Part shown: positions 62,160 to 64,000 of the stretch, piece by piece
How the letters are laid out: each line of letters opens with the position of its first letter
Numbering within the stretch: position 1 is the stretch's first letter
NCBI RefSeq assembly: GCF_001194135.2
Contig: NC_068981.1
Span: forward strand, 79,274,240-79,338,239
Direction: 5' to 3'
From: Octopus bimaculoides
Lineage: Eukaryota
DNA: 64,000 nucleotides
Program-made: the position numbers and the translations under genes
The notes under the pieces: generated by a model
The model's database searches: none
What the model saw: only the letters and a program-made list of their open reading frames with translations
Told to the model about the DNA's origin: nothing

Positions 62160-62660
62160 AAAGAGAAAACAGTTTAACTTTTTTGCAAAGGCAAAACAGT
62201 TTCACATATTTTGAGGAAAAATAGTTTCGCGTTTTTTGGCTGAGAAAAAAGTTTCATTGTCTTGGTGAAAGAAGAACACTTACATTTTTTGGCAGAGAAA
62301 CAACCATTTAACTTATTTTTTTAGTTATGAAAAACAGTTTCACATTCTTTAGCTACAGAAAAACAGTTTTACTGTATTTTTCCTGAAAAAAAAAACAGTT
62401 TTGAATCTTTTGGTAGAAGAAAATGATTTCACTTCTTTTGGCTGAGGCAAAAACAGTTTCATTTTTTAGGCAAAAGAAGTTTCACTTTTTTGATGGCAGA
62501 TGAAAAATAGTTTCACATTTTTTTGACAGAGGAAAAATAGTTTCACTTTTTTTTTTTGGCAGAGGAAAAATAGTTTCATTCCTTTCTTTAGCAGAAGCAA
62601 AACAGTTTCACTTTTTTCTTTTTGTCAGGTAAAACAGTTTCACTTTTTTGACCCAGAAAA
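62160..62660. repeat. Degenerate ~30-bp minisatellite, about 16 units
   Basis: Consensus ggcagaggaaaaa(c/t)agtttcactttttt. Confidence 0.8.
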
Positions 62661-62964
62661 CGTCTGTGTCTGATAAAAGAGATATATTATATCTTCAGTT
62701 TTTAGGGGCTCTAAAAATGATGAAATTCCAACATTCTTATTTAATAATATTCATTATTAATATAAACAAAACTATGATTATTTTTTCTGTTGTCTCTCTT
62801 TCTCTCTCTCTCTTCCCCTCCCCCTCTCTCTCTATATATCACTTTTTAACATCCACTTTTTCCCATATTTGCATGGGTCAGACAGAGAGAGAGAGAGAAA
62901 GAGTGTGATAGAGAGAGAGGCATACACATATATACAGAGTTCAATGTATATGTTTATCTTATAG

Positions 62965-63355
62965 ACTAGCTGTGCTGGAGCATCACCTTCAAGAATTTTT
63001 AGTTAAGCGAATCAATCCCAGTACTTATTTGTTTTAAAACCAGGTCCTGATTCTATCAGTCTCTTTTAGCAAACTGCTAGGTTATGCAGACGTAAACCCA
63101 CCAACACTGGTTTTCAAGTGTTGTCAGAGAACAAGCACTGGCACAAAGACACACATATCTATCTATCTATCTATACACACACACACATCTATACAACAGA
63201 GTTTTTTTTAGGTTTCATCAACCAAATCCACTCACAGGGCTTTGGTTGGTCTGAGGCTATAGTAAAAGACACTTACCCAAGATGCTACACAGTGGGTCTG
63301 AACCCTGAATCATGTGGTTCAAAAGCAATCTTCTTACAACGTGGCCATGCTTGTG
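62965..63355 (-). mobile_element. SINE family A, heavily CpG-eroded
   Basis: ctgtgctggagcatcacc..ccaaatccactcacagggctttgg..cacttacccaag. Confidence 0.75.
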
Positions 63356-63403
63356 CCTCTATATTTATACATATATCATATATATGTTCTATATATATAT
63401 ATA

Positions 63404-64000
63404 TAGGAAAGTGGGTTATACATCATTAGATGTATACCTGACTTTCCTATATAATATTAAGAAATTAACGGAACGCTGAACTCCAGACTATCAACTTAAA
63501 CAACATTTATTTAAGGTGGTTAATATATACATCTTTAGCTCTTGTTTGTTGAGATGTCTTCTGTGTGTGTGAGCATGGTTGTTGGGACGTTGGTATGTAG
63601 ATGTAAGCGAGCTGTCGAGCGTAAGTTCGAAAGATGGAGAGAGACAGCTAAACACGTCCTTGCTCAATTGCTGGCCAGCAAGAAAGAGACAGAATAGAAG
63701 CGGGAACGCTTGGTTGTTGAATTCCACGCATGCACACGGCATTACTACAGGGCTCCCTTGCCAGTGCGGAAACGCACGATAATATGAAATCTGTTGGAAC
63801 GCCTAAGGCAGGATGGCCACCGAAACCACCCACAAGATGTGGTACAAACACACACAAAGAAAAATCAAAGAAATGAATGTACACTTGTGAGATACATGCA
63901 TGCAATGTACAAATGAAATGATAATGACAAAACAACCGTGATGACAACTGTCCAGGAAACTGGAATCACGCGATGTAAAAGTCTGATTTTTTTGTTTTTT
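63404..64000 (-). mobile_element. Second copy of the hairpin-ended LTR-like repeat, running off the window
   Basis: Reverse-complement match to 5140-5468, including the terminal hairpin. Confidence 0.7.

Overview
AT-rich, repeat-dense animal DNA with six N gaps. The repeat families look like octopus/coleoid cephalopod (inference). One gene is well supported: CLNS1A (pICln, methylosome subunit) on the + strand, six phase-consistent coding exons from 28593 to 38709, 215 aa, ending in the GQFDDAD PRMT5-binding motif. The rest is mostly layered mobile DNA: Tigger/pogo, maT (DD37D), Buster-type hAT and Chapaev-like transposase remnants; hAT-type and GG-ended 8-bp-TSD (Merlin/Mutator-like) MITEs; RTE, Tx1 and Penelope retroelement fragments; LTRs; several tRNA-derived SINE families; and microsatellites. 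Main leads: (1) a small Penelope-associated hammerhead ribozyme set, with one intact at 50068-50115 and a decayed one on a tRNA-headed element that carries an inverted 5' duplication (44752-45090); (2) a possible alternative CLNS1A last exon (40620-40669) that would remove exactly the PRMT5-binding motif; (3) a 2.3-kb foldback element nested three deep just upstream of CLNS1A; (4) a MITE with a head-to-head telomeric-repeat hairpin; (5) a G-U-biased 114-nt hairpin; (6) two weak candidate genes. No CRISPR, rRNA or true tRNA genes were seen. Family names come from motif recognition, not database searches.
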